Origin: Mobula hypostoma
Lineage: Eukaryota
Reading direction: 5' to 3'
NCBI RefSeq assembly: GCF_963921235.1
Contig: NC_086098.1
Location: forward strand, 2,480,001 to 2,544,000
Length of the DNA: 64,000 nt
Each line of letters starts with the position of its first letter. Position 1 is the first letter of the stretch. A program made the translations under genes and the position numbers. This document shows positions 49,875-63,299 of this stretch, in pieces. The notes beneath the pieces were generated by a model that was given only the letters and a program-made list of their open reading frames with translations, made no database searches and had not been told where the DNA came from.

Positions 49875-52800
49875 AGGATTCTTAGAGTTACAGGGAAGTA
49901 GTCACCCCGAAAATGCAGGTGGCGAGTAGCTGGGTGACCGTCAAGAGAAATGGAAATAGGAAGTTAGAGCAGAGCACCCCTGTGGCCATTCCCCTCAAAA
50001 ACAAGTATACTGCTTTGGGTACTTTTGTGGGGGATGACCTCCCAGGAGAATGCCACGGAGACCAGGTTACAGGCACTGAGCATGGGTCCATGGTGCAGAA
50101 GGGAAAAAGAGAGAAGAAGGGAGTGGTAGTGATAGGGGACTTGATACCGAGGGGAACAGACAGGAGATTCTGTGGATGTGAACGGGACACCCGGATGGTA
50201 TGTTGCCTCCCAGGTGCCAGGGTCAGGGATGTCTCAGATCACATCCACAACATTTTGGACAGGAAGAGAGAACAGCCTGTACCAATTGTTACCAATGACA
50301 TAGGAAGGAAAAGCAAAGAGGTCCTGAAAAGAGAATTTAGAGAGCTAGGTAGAAAGCAGAGAAGCAGGACTTGCCGGGTAGTAATTTTTGGATTGCTGTC
50401 TGTGCCATGCGCCAATGAGGGTAGAAACAGTAGCAACTGGAAGATAAGTGCGTGGCTGAGAAGCTGGTGCAGGGGGCAGGGCTTCAGGTTCTTGGATCAT
50501 TGGGATCTCTCCTGGGGGAGGTATGACCTGTTCAAAAGTGATAGGTTGCACCTGAACCTGAGGGGACAAATATTCTTGCAGGCAGGTTTGTTAGAGCTGT
50601 TGGGGAGGGTTTAAACTAACTTGGCAGGGGGGTGGGAACCAGAGTGAAGGGACTCAGGATAGGATAGATGATAAAAAAGTAAAGATAGCGTGCAGTCAGA
50701 CTATCAGGAAGGGCAAGCAGGTAATGGGACATAGTTGCAGCCAACAGGCTGAGTATCAAATTATTAGGGATGCAGAGTCAGAAATGATAGCAAATACAGT
50801 ACTCAAGGTGTTGTATCTAAATGCACATTGTATAAGAAATAAGGTGGACTGTTTTGTTGCAGTGTTACAGATTGCCAGGTATGAGGTCAAATTAGTTGAA
50901 AGATGTGACACAGGATGAGAAAAAGTTGAATCCTTGTGGGCTGAGTTAAGAAACTGCAGAGGTGAAAGGACATGGATGGCAGTTATATACAGGCCTCTCA
51001 AGAGTGGCTGGGAAGTGGACCATAGGTTACAACAGGAAATAGAAAAGGTGAGTCAAAAAGGCAATGTTATGGAAGGTTTTAACATGCAGGTCAATTGGGA
51101 AAATTGGGTTCATAATGGATCTCAAGAGAGTGATTTAGTTGAATTCCCAAGAGATAGCTTTTTAGAACAGTTTGTCGTTGAGCCTACTAGGGGATCAGCT
51201 ATACTGGATTGGGTGTTACGTAATGAACCAGAGGCGATTAGAGAGCTTAAGGTAAAAAGACCCTTAGGAACCAGTGATAACAATATAATTGTGTTCAACA
51301 TGAAATGTGATGGGGAGAAAGTAGTCTGATGTATCAGTATTTCAGTGGAGTAAGGGAAATTCCAGTGGTATGAGAGAGGAGTTGGCTAAAGTAAATTGGA
51401 AGGAGCTGCTGGCAGAGATGACAGCAGAGCAGAAATGGCGTGCATTTCTGGGGAAAATGAGGAAGGTGCAGGACATATGTATTCCAAAAATGAAGAAACA
51501 CTCAAATGGTAAAATAGTACAACTGTGGTTGACAAGGGAAGTTAAAGCAATCGTAAAAGCAAAAGAAAGGAGCAGAGTGAAGTGATGGTGATGCTAAATG
51601 GTGGCTCCTTTGCTTGCATCTTCAGAAACAGCTCTATTTTCATCTTTAATATCTTTATTTTTCCCTTTCAGGGTCCTTTTGAAGACCTTGACCTGGAGTT
51701 ACACGTTGACTACGGTTCATTGTGAGAATGGGACCTGCTCTCAGGGTTTCATAACCGGCCGTTGTTCAGCTCGCCAAGGGCTCGGCCTAAGAGTTCGGCT
51801 TGGCTTTGGAGGCCTAGGATCTCGGGGCTCTGGACGCGGGCAGTTCGAAGGTTGGTGTCATGGCAGGAGATGCATGTGTCATTGGTGGAGTCAGAGTGTG
51901 ACCGGAGACTCGAGATCTTTGGACAAAGAGCTTGAAAAAAGTGACGTAGCAGACTTTTAACATTGTAAACCAGTGAGTTGTTTGTTATGTCTCCCCGCTC
52001 ACTGTGAAACGAAGACATCTCTTTCTCTCTTATTAGGGATGCTGAGTGAAATGCAAAGTCTGTGGGGTACAGCAAGTCTGTGTCTTTGCTGTTGCTTTCC
52101 TCATGCTTGAGTGCTCAGTGGTGGCTGCCGATGGTTTTTTTTGCCGGTGGGAGCAGGGGAGATTGTTGCTTGCTACCACTTACGCGTGGGAGGGAAGGGA
52201 GCTGGGGCAGGACTTTGGGGTTCTAACAATTAATTCTTGTTCATTCTTTGGGGCACTCCTCTGTATTCATGGCTGGTTGCGAAGAGAAAGCATTTCAGGA
52301 TGTAACAACACACATCAAAGTTGCTGGTGAACGCAGCAGGCCAGGCAGCATCTCTAGGAAGAGGTACAGTCGACGTTCCGGGCTGAGACCCTTCATCAGG
52401 ACTAACTGAAGGAAGAGTGAGTAAGAGATTTGAAAGTGGGAGGGGGAGGGGGAGATCCAAAATGATAGGAGAAGACAGGAGGGGGAGGGATGTATATTGT
52501 TTACATTTCTCTGACGTTAAATGTACCTTTGAAACCTTTGAAAGAGCACACAACAAAGCAAAAATTAGTGAGAAGATAGAGGATTGGAAGTTTCTAAAAC
52601 CTACAGTGATAACTAAAAAAGTCATTAGAAGGGAAAAGATGAAATATGAAAGTAAACTAGCAAATAATATCAAAGTGTATAGAAAAAGTTTTTCAAGTAT
52701 GTTAAAAATAAAAGAGAAATGAGAGTGGATATAGGACTGCTAGAAAATGAGGCAGGAGAAATATTAACAAGGGACAAGGAGATGGCAGATGAACTAAATG

Positions 52801-54875
52801 AGTATTTTGCATTGATCTTCACTGTAGAAGACACTAGCATCCTGATGTAGTGTGTGAAGTGGGTGCAGTTAGTGTTACAGGAGAGAAGGTGCTCAAAATC
52901 TGAAAGATCTAAAGGCACCCGGACCAGAGGAACTGCTAGGGTTCTGAAAGAGGTAGCGTTAGAGATTGTGGTGACATTAGAAATGATCTTTCAAAAATCT
53001 TTGGGCTCTGGCAAGGGCCAGAAGACTGGAAGATTGCAAATGTTACTCCACTCTTTAAGAAAGGATGGAGGCAGCATAAAGGAAATTATAGACCAGTTAG
53101 CCTGACCTCAGAGGTTGGGAAGATTTTAGTGTCAATTGTTAAGGATGACGTGGTGGAGTACTTGGGGACACAATACAAAGTCAGCAGGGTTTCCTTGAGG
53201 GAAAATCCTGCCTGACAAACCTTTTCGTATTCTTTGAGGAGATTACAAGTAGGATAGATAAGTGGATGTTGTATATTTGGACTTTCAGAAGGCCACACAT
53301 TGGCTGCTTACCAAGTCAAGAGCCCGTGGTGTTACAGGAAAGTTACTAACATGGTTAGAGCAGTGGCTGGTTGGTAGGAAGCATCAAGTGGGAATAAAAG
53401 GATCCTTGGAGTTTAGAAGAATGAGGGGAGACCTCATAGAAACATTTTGAATGTTAAAAGGCATGGACAGAGTGGATGTGGCAAAGTTGTTTTCCCTGAT
53501 GGGGGAGTCTAGTACGAGAGTGCATGACTTCAGGATTGAAGGGCGCCCTTTCAGAACAGAAATGTAAAAAAATTTTTTTAGTCAGAGGGTGGTGAATCTA
53601 TGGAATTTGTTGCCACGGGCAGCAGTCAAGTCATTGGGTGTATTTAAGGCAGAGATTGATAGGTATCTGAGTAGCCAGGGCATCAAAGGTTATGGTGAGA
53701 AGGCGGGGCAGTGGGACTAAATAGGATAAAATGGATCAGCTCATGATAAAATGGCGGAGCAGACTCAATGGGCCAAATGGCCTACTTCCGCTCCTTTGTC
53801 TTATGGTCTTATGGTCTTATGGTCTTTTCTGGTTGGCTGCCAGTGACTAGTGGTGTTCCACGGGGATCGGTGTTGGGACCACTTCTTTTTATGTTGTATT
53901 TAAATGATTTAGATGGTGGAATAGGTGGCTTTGTTGCCAAGCTTGCAGATGATACGAAGATTGGTGGAGGGGCAGGTAGTGTTGAGGAAACAGGTAGGAT
54001 GCAGAAGGACTTAGACAGATTAGGAAATGGGCAAGAAAGTGACAAATGAATACAGTGTTGGAAAATGCATGGTCATGCACTTCGGTAGTAGAAATAAATG
54101 TGCAGACTATTTTCTAAACGGGGAGTAAATCCAGGAATCTGAGATGCAGAGAGACTTGGGAGTCCTTGTGCGGAACACCCTAAAGGTTAACTTGCAGGTT
54201 GAGTTGGTGGTGAGGAAAGCATTCATTTCAAGAGTTCTAGAATACAAGAGTAAGGATGTGATGCTGAGACTTTATAAGGCACTGGTGAGGCCTCACCTTG
54301 AGGATTGTGAACAGTTTTGGTCCCCTTTTCATAGAAATGATGTGCTGGCATTGGAGAGGGTCCAGAGGAGGTTCACAAGGATGATTTCAGGAATAAAAGC
54401 TTTATCATGTGAGGAACGTTTGATGGCTCTCAGTCTGTACTCGCTGGAATTCAGAAGGATGACGGGGGATCTCATTGAAACCTTTCAAATGTTGAAAGGC
54501 CCAAACAGAGTAGATGTGGATAGGTTGTTTCCCATGGTGGGAGAGTCTAGGACAAAAGGGCACAGCCTCGGCATAGAAGGGCGCCCTTTCAAAACAGAGA
54601 TGCGGAGAAATTTCTTTAGCCAATGGGTGGTGAATTTGTGGAATTTGTTGCCACATGCATCTTTGGAGGCCAGATTGTTGGATGTATATAAGGCAGAGAT
54701 TGATAGGTTCTTGATTGGACATGGCATCAAAGGTTACAGGGAGAAAGCCAGGAACTGGAGTTGAGGAGGTGATTTAACAAAAGGATCAGCCATGATTGAA
54801 TGGCAGAGCAGACTCGATGGGCCAGATGGCCTAAGTCTGTTCCTATGTCTTATTGTCTTTTGGTCTTATGGTCTG
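49875..54875 (+). mobile_element. Older near full-length CR1 (esterase ORF1 + ORF2) with nested insertions
   Basis: ORF 49913-50614 esterase-like (GDLIPRG, DRLHLN); degraded endonuclease and RT; nested non-autonomous element ~51570-52542 and nested CR1 3' end ~53407-53824. Confidence 0.88.
52305..52487 (-). mobile_element. Short Penelope terminal fragment
   Basis: Terminal repeat with a mutated hammerhead (GAAA to GGAA); GGATGTA on both flanks. Confidence 0.85.
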
Positions 54876-55923
54876 ACTGAGAAGCTGTGAAGTGATAGGT
54901 GGAGAAGGTAAATGCCTGAAAAAGCAGGAATCTGATAGAAGAGGACAGTGGATCATGAAAGAAAGGGAAGCAGGAGGGAGTTGAGGCCCTAAGTGGAGTT
55001 GATGAGGTGAGGAGAAACGAAGTGGTGAGAGGGAAGCCAGAATGGGGAATGGAAAAAGAGAGTGGGGGTGGGGGAGGGGCAGAAATGACCACGTGAAACC
55101 AGGTGAGGGCTTTAATCAATTTAACCCGATTGTTTCATTCATGTTAACAGTGAGCATTCAGTAATGTCTTAAAAACAGCAGCTGACGATAATGTATATAT
55201 TTTAGTCCTTCAAAGCCCTTATTTGCCCCATTTCCAATGATCAGGTATCTGTCATTGTTAACTTGCATGAACTCATAATAAACTGTGCTTTCTACAGTGT
55301 CTCCGGTAACTGTAGAGGCTACCTTTCATTTTGCATGGCTGCGTATATTATTTGTGTTTCTGAGCTACCCTGGTTTCTATGAATTCATAATTGAGAAATG
55401 CAACAAATATGATAGCTCAATATACCTGCCAAGGAAAATATGACTGGATAATGATTGATATTGCAAAGAATCTGGCTTTGCATTGTGTGCATCTCCAGTT
55501 TGCTCTGACACATGGGATTATAATGAATAGGGATGTTTAATCTGAAATGGAGGGTGAACATTTCATTGTGTCATCCATTCTCTGTCCCTATCATTGAGAA
55601 AGCACATGGAAGTTGCTCATGAATTGAAAAGATATAAAAGAAATTGCATATATCTTTGAGAAAGAACAAAAAAAAATCCATGGCTGTTGGTAAAGTGGGC
55701 TAGATGGGCAGCACCCTCACGGGGCTGAATAGTCACCTTCCACCAGGAAAGGAGGGTGAAGCCTCTACATGAAGGTACAGTAGTCGAAATCATTCTCAAA
55801 ATGCAAACGTCTGTATGTGTGTCAACCCATTAGTTATAAAGAAACTATTCTTATTCTCAGTAGCCACTTTATTACATACCTCCTGTACCTAATAAACTAG
55901 CCATCCAGCGTATGATTCTATTC

Positions 55924-56148
55924 ACAAACAACAGGAATTCTGCAGATGCTGGAAATTCAAGCAACATACATCAAAGTTGCTGGTGAACGCAGCAGGCCAG
56001 GCAGCATCTATAGGAAGAAGCGCAGTCGACGTTTCAGGCCGAGACCCTTCGTCAGGACTGAAGGGTCTCGGCCTGAAACGTCGACTGCGCTTCTTCCTAT
56101 AGATGCTGCCTGGCCTGCTGCGTTCACCAGCAACTTTGATGTATGTTG
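55924..56148. mobile_element. Fold-back Penelope mini-element with a perfect 89-bp inverted repeat
   Basis: Arms 55962-56050 and 56060-56148 are exact reverse complements with a 9-nt loop; 13-bp TSD TATGATTCTATTC (55911-55923, 56149-56161). Confidence 0.93.
56024..56059 (-). ncRNA. Minimal type I hammerhead ribozyme motif
   Basis: AGTC-CTGACGA-AGGgtctcggCCT-GAAA-C-GTC-GACT. Confidence 0.8.
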
Positions 56149-59100
56149 TATGATTCTATTCCTTTGCTGCTGTACCCATACATGTCAAGGTTCAGCGTGT
56201 TGTGTGCTCATGAATGTTTTCCTGCACACCTCTCTTTGTGTCTATGGATTCACTTATAGACCATAACACCACTAGGAGCAGAATTAGACTATTTGGCCCA
56301 TTGAGTCTGCTCCACTGTATCATCATTGCTGGTACAATTTTCCTCTCAACCCCAATCTACTGCCTTCTCCCCATATCCCTTCACGCCCTGACCAATCAAT
56401 AATCTATTAGGTTCTACCTTAAATATAATTAAAGATATCCTCCACAGCTGCCTGTGGCAAGGGATTCCACAGGTTCATGACACTCTAGCTAAAGAAATTC
56501 CTCCTCATCTTTGTAATAAAAGGACGCTCCTCTATTCTGAGATTATGTTGTCTGGTTTTAGACCCTCTCACCATAGGAAACATCCTCTCCACATCTACTC
56601 TACCAAGGCCTTTCACCATTTCATAGGGTTCAGTGAGGTCACTCCTCATTCTTCTGAATTCCAGTGATTATATGCCCAGAGCCAATCAAACACTTTTAAT
56701 ATGACAAGCCACTCAATCCTGGAATCATTTTCATGAACCTCCTTCAAACCCTCTCCAGTTTCAACATATCTTGTCTAAGATAAGTGGCCCAAAACTGCTC
56801 ACAATACTCTTAGTAATGCCTCACCAGTGCTATGAAGACTCAACATTACATCCTTGCTTTTATATTCTAGTCCTTTCAAAATGAGTGCTAACATTGCATT
56901 TGCTTTCCTCACCACTGACCTTTAAGGAATCCTGCACAAGGATTCCCAAGTCCCTTTGCACCTCAGATATTTGTACTTCCTCTCTGCTTAAAAAATAGTT
57001 AACCCTTCCATTTCTTCCACCAAAGTGCATGACCGTACACTTCCCAACATTGTATTCCATCTTTGTCCATTCTCCTAATCCATCTAAGTCCTTCTTTAGT
57101 CTCTCTACTGCCTCAAAGCTACCTGCCCTTTCATCTTTGTTCATGTGGGTTGCAAACTTTGCAACAAAACCATCAATTCCATCATCTAAGTCATTGAAAA
57201 AGAAATGGTCCCAATACAGACCGCTGTGGAACACTACTATTCGCTGGCAGCCAAACAGAAATAGCCCCCGATATTCCCACTCTTTGCCTCCTGCCCATTA
57301 GCCACTGCTTCATGCTAGAATCTTTCCTGTAATTTGTTTTGAATGCTATTTTTTACTTTTTATAGTTTGCATGATTTGTTTGTTATTCTTTTCTCTGCTC
57401 ATTGGGTATTTGTCTGTGATTATTTTATGTGTTCTTTTGGGTTTCTTTGTATTGTGCGGCCTGAAAGGAGGCAAATCTCAAGGTTGTATAATAGAGACAT
57501 ACTTTGATAATAAATGTAGTTTGAACTTTGAGCTTTGAATTAGTTTGGCCATTTTCCTGTGACCTCTCTCATTAACAAGGCATTTACACCCATAGAACAT
57601 CTGCTCAATGGATGGTTTTTGTTTTGTTTTCCACACTATTCTCTGTAAACTTCAGAGAATGTTGTGCGTCAACATCCCAGGAGATAAGCAGTTTCTGAGA
57701 TACTTAGACCATTCCATCTGGCACCAACAATCATTGTATGGTCACTTAGATCACATTTCTTCCCCACTCTGATGTTTGGTTTGAACAATAGCTGAACCTC
57801 TTGACTCTGTCTGCATTGAATTGCTGCCACATGATTGGCTGATTTGGTATTTGCATTAATGAGCAGGTGTGTAGATATACCTAATAAAGTGGCCACTGAG
57901 TGTCCATTCAGGTCACAGGCTTTCAGATAGCATAATCCTGAGGGAAATGTTAGTATCAATGTCCTTGAACTGTTGGTACAGTTTTTCAAGTTTCAAACTT
58001 GTATTTCTTAGATTTGATTTCCATTTTTGTTTGCTTCTTTCAGAGTGCCTTACTTTACAGAAAAATGAAAAATTATACAAAGGAAGCCGAGTTTATCAAA
58101 CCTGTCACTGTTAGTTTAGGAATGAATGGATGAAATGTTGCATCAGAGGAGTTTACAAGAGCATCATATTTGAATTTATTCACGCTTTTAAATTGTTGAC
58201 AAGGAAAAGTACCTTTGCCACAGAAATAGGAAATAACTTTAGACATGCTTGGTTATTGAAATTGTACTCTTGATATTAGTAATCAATGAGTTAATACATT
58301 CACATGGGTTTCCTAGGCAATTTCAGTGAAAAAAACAAGTAGATAAAAGAAACAGGTTAGCAAAATAATTGAAAGATTGAAGTGAGAATAAAAGTGCTAA
58401 CAGACAAAAAATGCTATGTATTTAATTACAATCATTTGTAGATATATACAATATAATAGATACAGTGTATATATTTCTCCTCCCTTCCCCTCCACTCTTC
58501 TCCTTTCCTCACTCTGGCCTCTTATCTCTTCTCACCTGTTTATCACCTCCCCCAGGGTCCCCTCCTCTTTCCCTTTCTCCTATGCTCCACTCTCTCCTAG
58601 CAGATTCCTTCCTCTCCAGACCATTACCGTTCCCACCCACCTGACTTCACCTATCACCTCCTTCTCCCCCCACCACCTAATTGTTAATCTTTAACACACA
58701 GGTCCCAGAATTACCCTCAGACTATCAGTGCTTCAGCCCATTTCTACAGCCTGGTTTTCCTTTTACCCTCTTCATGGTAAAAGGCAAATAATTTTAATTG
58801 AAGTGCTGGGTAATAAACAGACTGTAGTTTTTGACGGATTATAGATTATGGTATTTGGGGGCTTGCTAATGCTTGGTGGGCAGTGAGGGGGCTGATGCTT
58901 CCTGCTGGAGCACATTGGGGTAAGTGGGGGGGGGTTGCTGCTCGTGTGTGGGAGGCAGGGGGAAGGACCTTGGGTTTCTAACATTGTTCTGACATTCATT
59001 CTTTAAGGTTTTATTCTGTTTCATGGATGTCTGTGAAGAGTAAATATTTCAGGCTGTATACTGTATACATTCTCTGATACTGAATTGAACCATTGATGTG

Positions 59101-59229
59101 GATTGAAGCTATTTACAAAGAAATATCACTGTCAAATCAAAACAGGAAAAGCTGGAAACCATTAGGAATCAGTTAGTATCTCTGAAGAGCAAAGAGCAGA
59201 ATTATTGCTTCAGGTCCAGAATCCTTCAT

Positions 59230-59700
59230 CAGAACTCTGCAGTTTTTGATTCAATCATATTATGATCGCTTGTCCCTAAGCTTCCTAATCAAATCCAGTT
59301 CATTGTACAACACCCAAACCAGAATAGCCTTCCCCTAATGGGCTCAACCACAAGCTGCTTGAAAAAGTCATCTTGTGGGCATACCATAAAATCTCTCTTA
59401 GGATCCAGCACCAACCTCTTGTTCCCAATCTACCTGCATATTGAAATCTCCCATGGCTACCAAAATATTGCCTTTTGGCATGCATTTTCTGTCTCCTATT
59501 GTAATTTGTAGCCGCATCCCAGCTACTAATTGGATGCCTGTATTATCTTACATCAGGGTCTTTTTACACCTGCAGTTTCTTAGCTGTACCTGCAAGGCCT
59601 CTCCATCTTTGGATCCTATGTCACCTCTTTCTGAGGATTTGATTTCATTTTTAACCAACAGAGCTACCCCACTCCTTCTGTCCACCTGCTTTCCGTCCAA
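59230..59700 (-). mobile_element. Old CR1 endonuclease fragment
   Basis: Degenerate GVALLVKNEI and VAMGDFN remnants on the minus strand. Confidence 0.65.
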
Positions 59701-59931
59701 TACAATGAGCTCTACCAATTGTCATTAAGTTGCATCTCACGCCCTGAACAACACACCACAGCAAATTCCGACTATACTGTGTGTAAATGTATCAGATCCT
59801 TGATCCTAGTCGGAATTAAATAAAGCAGAACAGAATTAATAAAAACAGTAAACATCTCTTTTTCGCCATTCTGACTGGTTGTATCACCGTCTGCTATGGG
59901 GAGAGGATCAGAAAAGGCTGCAGAAGGTTGT

Positions 59932-60432
59932 GAAACACTCACAACACGCTGGAGGAACTCAGCAGGTCGGACAGCATCCGTGGAAATGATCAGTCAACGT
60001 TTCGGGCCAGAACCCTTCGTCAGGACTGTAGAGGGAAGGAGCAGAGGCCCTATAAAGAAGGTGGTGGGGGGAGGGTGGGAAGGAGAAGACTGGTAGGTTC
60101 CAGGTGAAAAACCAGTAAGGGGAAAGATAAAGGGGTGGGAGAGGGGAAGCAGGGAGGTGATAGGCAGGAAAGGTGAAGAAGGAATAGGGGAAAACACAAT
60201 GGGTAGTAGAAGGAGGCGGGACCCTGAGGGAAGTGATAGTCAGCTGGGGGAGGGGGCAGAGTGACATAGGAATAGGGGAAGGGAGAGGGAGGGAAGTTGG
60301 AGAATTCTATGCTCATACCAAGGGGCTGGAGACTACCTCGGCGGTATATGAGATGTTGTTCCTCCAACCTGAGTTTAGCCTCATCATGGCAGTAGAGGAG
60401 GCCATGTCTGGACATATCTGAATGGGAGTGAT
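59932..60432 (-). mobile_element. Penelope-like element 3' fragment (different subfamily)
   Basis: HSHSDMSRHGLLYCHDEAKLRLEEQHLIYR followed by the terminal repeat. Confidence 0.88.
59992..60027 (-). ncRNA. Minimal type I hammerhead ribozyme motif
   Basis: AGTC-CTGACGA-AGGGttctggCCC-GAAA-C-GTT-GACT. Confidence 0.75.
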
Positions 60433-60949
60433 TCAAGTATGGACTCCCAAGAATGGGAGTGGCCATGTATAGACATCTGAATGGGAGAAGGTTGTGAACT
60501 CAGCTCCATCATTGGCACTAGCCTCCTCAGCATCAAGCCTGTCTTCAGAGAGCGATGTCACAGGAAGGCTGCAGCTATCATGAAGGAACCCCATAATCTA
60601 GGACTTGCTCTTTTCTTGTTGCTACATCAAGGAGCAGGTACAGGAGCCTGAGACACACTCAGTGACTCAGGAACAGCATCTTCCCCTCTGCCATCAGATT
60701 TCTGAACGGACAATGAACTCATGAACACTACCTCACTGCAAATTTTTCTCTTTTTGAATTGCTTTTTTATTTCAACTTTTTAAAGGTATATATATTTCCT
60801 ACTGTAATTTATAATAATTATTATTATGTATTGCGATGGCCTGTTGCCGCAAAGCAACAAAATTTCGTGACGTATGCCGGTGATATTAAACCTGATTCTG
60901 ATTTTTATTTTGAAGCTTGATCAGTTGATGAAATGAGCTCAGTTGAAAG

Positions 60950-62535
60950 AATCACAGAACATCAAACAGTACAGCACAGGAATTGGACCTTTGGCCCACA
61001 ATGTTGTGCTAAAACCAATTCAGGTAGCAATCAAATCGTCAACTAATCTCTTATGCCTACACAATATTCATATCCTTCAATTTTCCTCACATTCATTTGT
61101 CTATCTAAATGTCTCTTAAAGCTCCCTAATGTATCTGCCTCTACCACCACCCCAGGCAGTAAATTCCAGGCACCGACCACCCTCTATGCAAAAAACTTGC
61201 CCCTCACATCTTCTTTGAAATTACCTCCTCTCACCTTAAATGCATGGCCTCTGGTATGAGACATTTCAACCCTGGGAAAAAGACACTGTATGTCTACTCT
61301 ATCTATGCCTCCCGTCATCTTAACAGATCTCAATCAGATCGCCGATGCTCCAGAGATATCAGGAGGGCTTATTCTTGCTCTCCCTCAGGACCAAGCAGAG
61401 GGTTCCTGCTTATCAAACCTCGCCTCTCACCAGTGGAAAACAACCTAAGCAGCGGAATAGAACAAATGGCTGCTGAAGTGAGTGATGTGAGTGACCATGG
61501 TCAAAATTCCATCTTGCAGAAAATCTAGTAAAATCAGATTAGTCCTAAAGAACGGTCTTGCCAGAGATGTTGACTGTTTGCTCACTTCAACAGATGTTGC
61601 CTGAAAAGTACAGTACAGAAACAGGCCCATCAGCCCATCTAGACCATGCTGAACCATTTAAACTACCTACTCCCATCGACTTGCACCAGGAACATAGCCC
61701 TCCATATCCCTACCATCCATGTACCAAAATGAACTTCTCTTAGATATTGAAATCGAGCTTGCATCCACCACATAGTCTGGCAGCTCTTTCCACACACTCA
61801 CACCACTCTGAGTGAAGAAGTCTCCCCTCATGTTCTCTTTAAACTTATTATCAATCACCCTTAACCCATGACCCCTAGCTCTAATCCCATCCAACTTCAG
61901 TGGAGAAAGCCTGTTTGCATTTACCCTATCTATATCCCTCTTTATTTTGTATACATCTATCAAATCTCAGCTCAACTTCTACATTCCAAGGAATAAAGTC
62001 CTAACCTATTCAAACTTTCTTTATAACTCAGGTCCTCCAGTCCCAGCAACATCCTTGTAATTATTTTTCTGTACTCTATCAACCTCATTTACATCTTACC
62101 TTTGGGTAATGACCAAAATTGCACACAATACTCTAAATTATGCCTCACCACCATTTTATACAACTTCAACACAACATCCTATCTCCTGTACTCAATATTT
62201 TGATTATGAAGTCTAATGTGCCAAAAGCTTTCTTCACGACCCCGTCTACCCATAATGCCTCTTTCAATGAATTATGGAAATGTATTCCCAAATACTTTTG
62301 TTCACCGCACTCCTCGTTGTCCTACTGTCGACAGTGTAAGATCTACCCTGATTAATCCTACCAGAGTGCAACTTGTCTGCACTAAATACCATCTACCATT
62401 TTCAGTGCATTTTTCCAGCTGGTCCAGATCCTTCTACAAGCTCTAATAGTCTTCCTCACTCTCCATTACACCCCTAATCTAGATGTCATCCACGAATTTG
62501 CTGATCTAGTTAACCACATTATCATCCAGATTGGT
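60950..62535 (-). mobile_element. Two old CR1 3' fragments (~60950-61330 and ~61605-62535)
   Basis: IDVYKIKRDIDRVNANRL...FFTQSGVSVWKELP. Confidence 0.8.
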
Positions 62536-63299
62536 ACATTGTGTGTACCCTGAAGACACACACTCAGTGATTCAGGAACAGCTTCTTCCCCTCTGCCATC
62601 CGAGTCCCAAATGGACATTGAATTCATGAACATTACCTCACTTTTATTTCTGTTTTTGCACTATTTTAATTTAACTATTTAGTATTAATATATATACTTA
62701 TTTACTTATTTTGTTTCTATGTTATCATGTATTGCATTGTACTGTAGCCACTAAGATGGTAGTGCAGTGGTCCTTCCTGATGGTAACAATGAGGAAAGGG
62801 CGTGCCCTGGGTGATGGGGGTCCTTAATGGTAGACGCTGCCTTTATGGGGCATCTCTCCTTGAAGATGTCTTGGAGACTACAGAGGCTAGTAGTCAAGAT
62901 AGAGCTGACTAATTTTACAATTTCAAAAGCTTCTTTTGATCCTGCACAGTAGCTCCTCCCCCCACCGTACCAGCCTGTCAGAATGCTATTTGAACCATGG
63001 ACATCAATCAAAACATTGAAACGTACGGTGAAAAACAATCTTTCTATCAACAACCAACACAATGTGCCGATGTGCTGAGAGCAGCTGCAAGTATCACCAT
63101 GCTTCTGGTGCTGGCATGGCCACAGGTCACTAACTCCTTATAGTGTGGATGGAAACAAAAGCACCCAAAGGAAACCCACAAGGTCATAGGGAGAATGTAC
63201 AAACTCATTCTAGACCGCCGTGGGAATTGAACCTCAATCGCTGGCACTGTAAAGCATTACACAACTGTGCTGCGATTCCATTTTCCATTGTAGCTCCTC

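Larger units (their letters stand above)
55856..57903 (-). mobile_element. Non-autonomous Tc1-like element with nested Penelope hairpin and CR1 (56258-57335, minus)
   Basis: CTCAGTAGCCACTTTATTA...CCTAATAAAGTGGCCACTGAGTG ends; GKKCDLSD..MIVGAR remnant. Confidence 0.75.

Noticed and set aside
61426..61530. Possible upstream convertase exon ending at a GTGAGA donor
   Set aside because: The translation shows no subtilase similarity.
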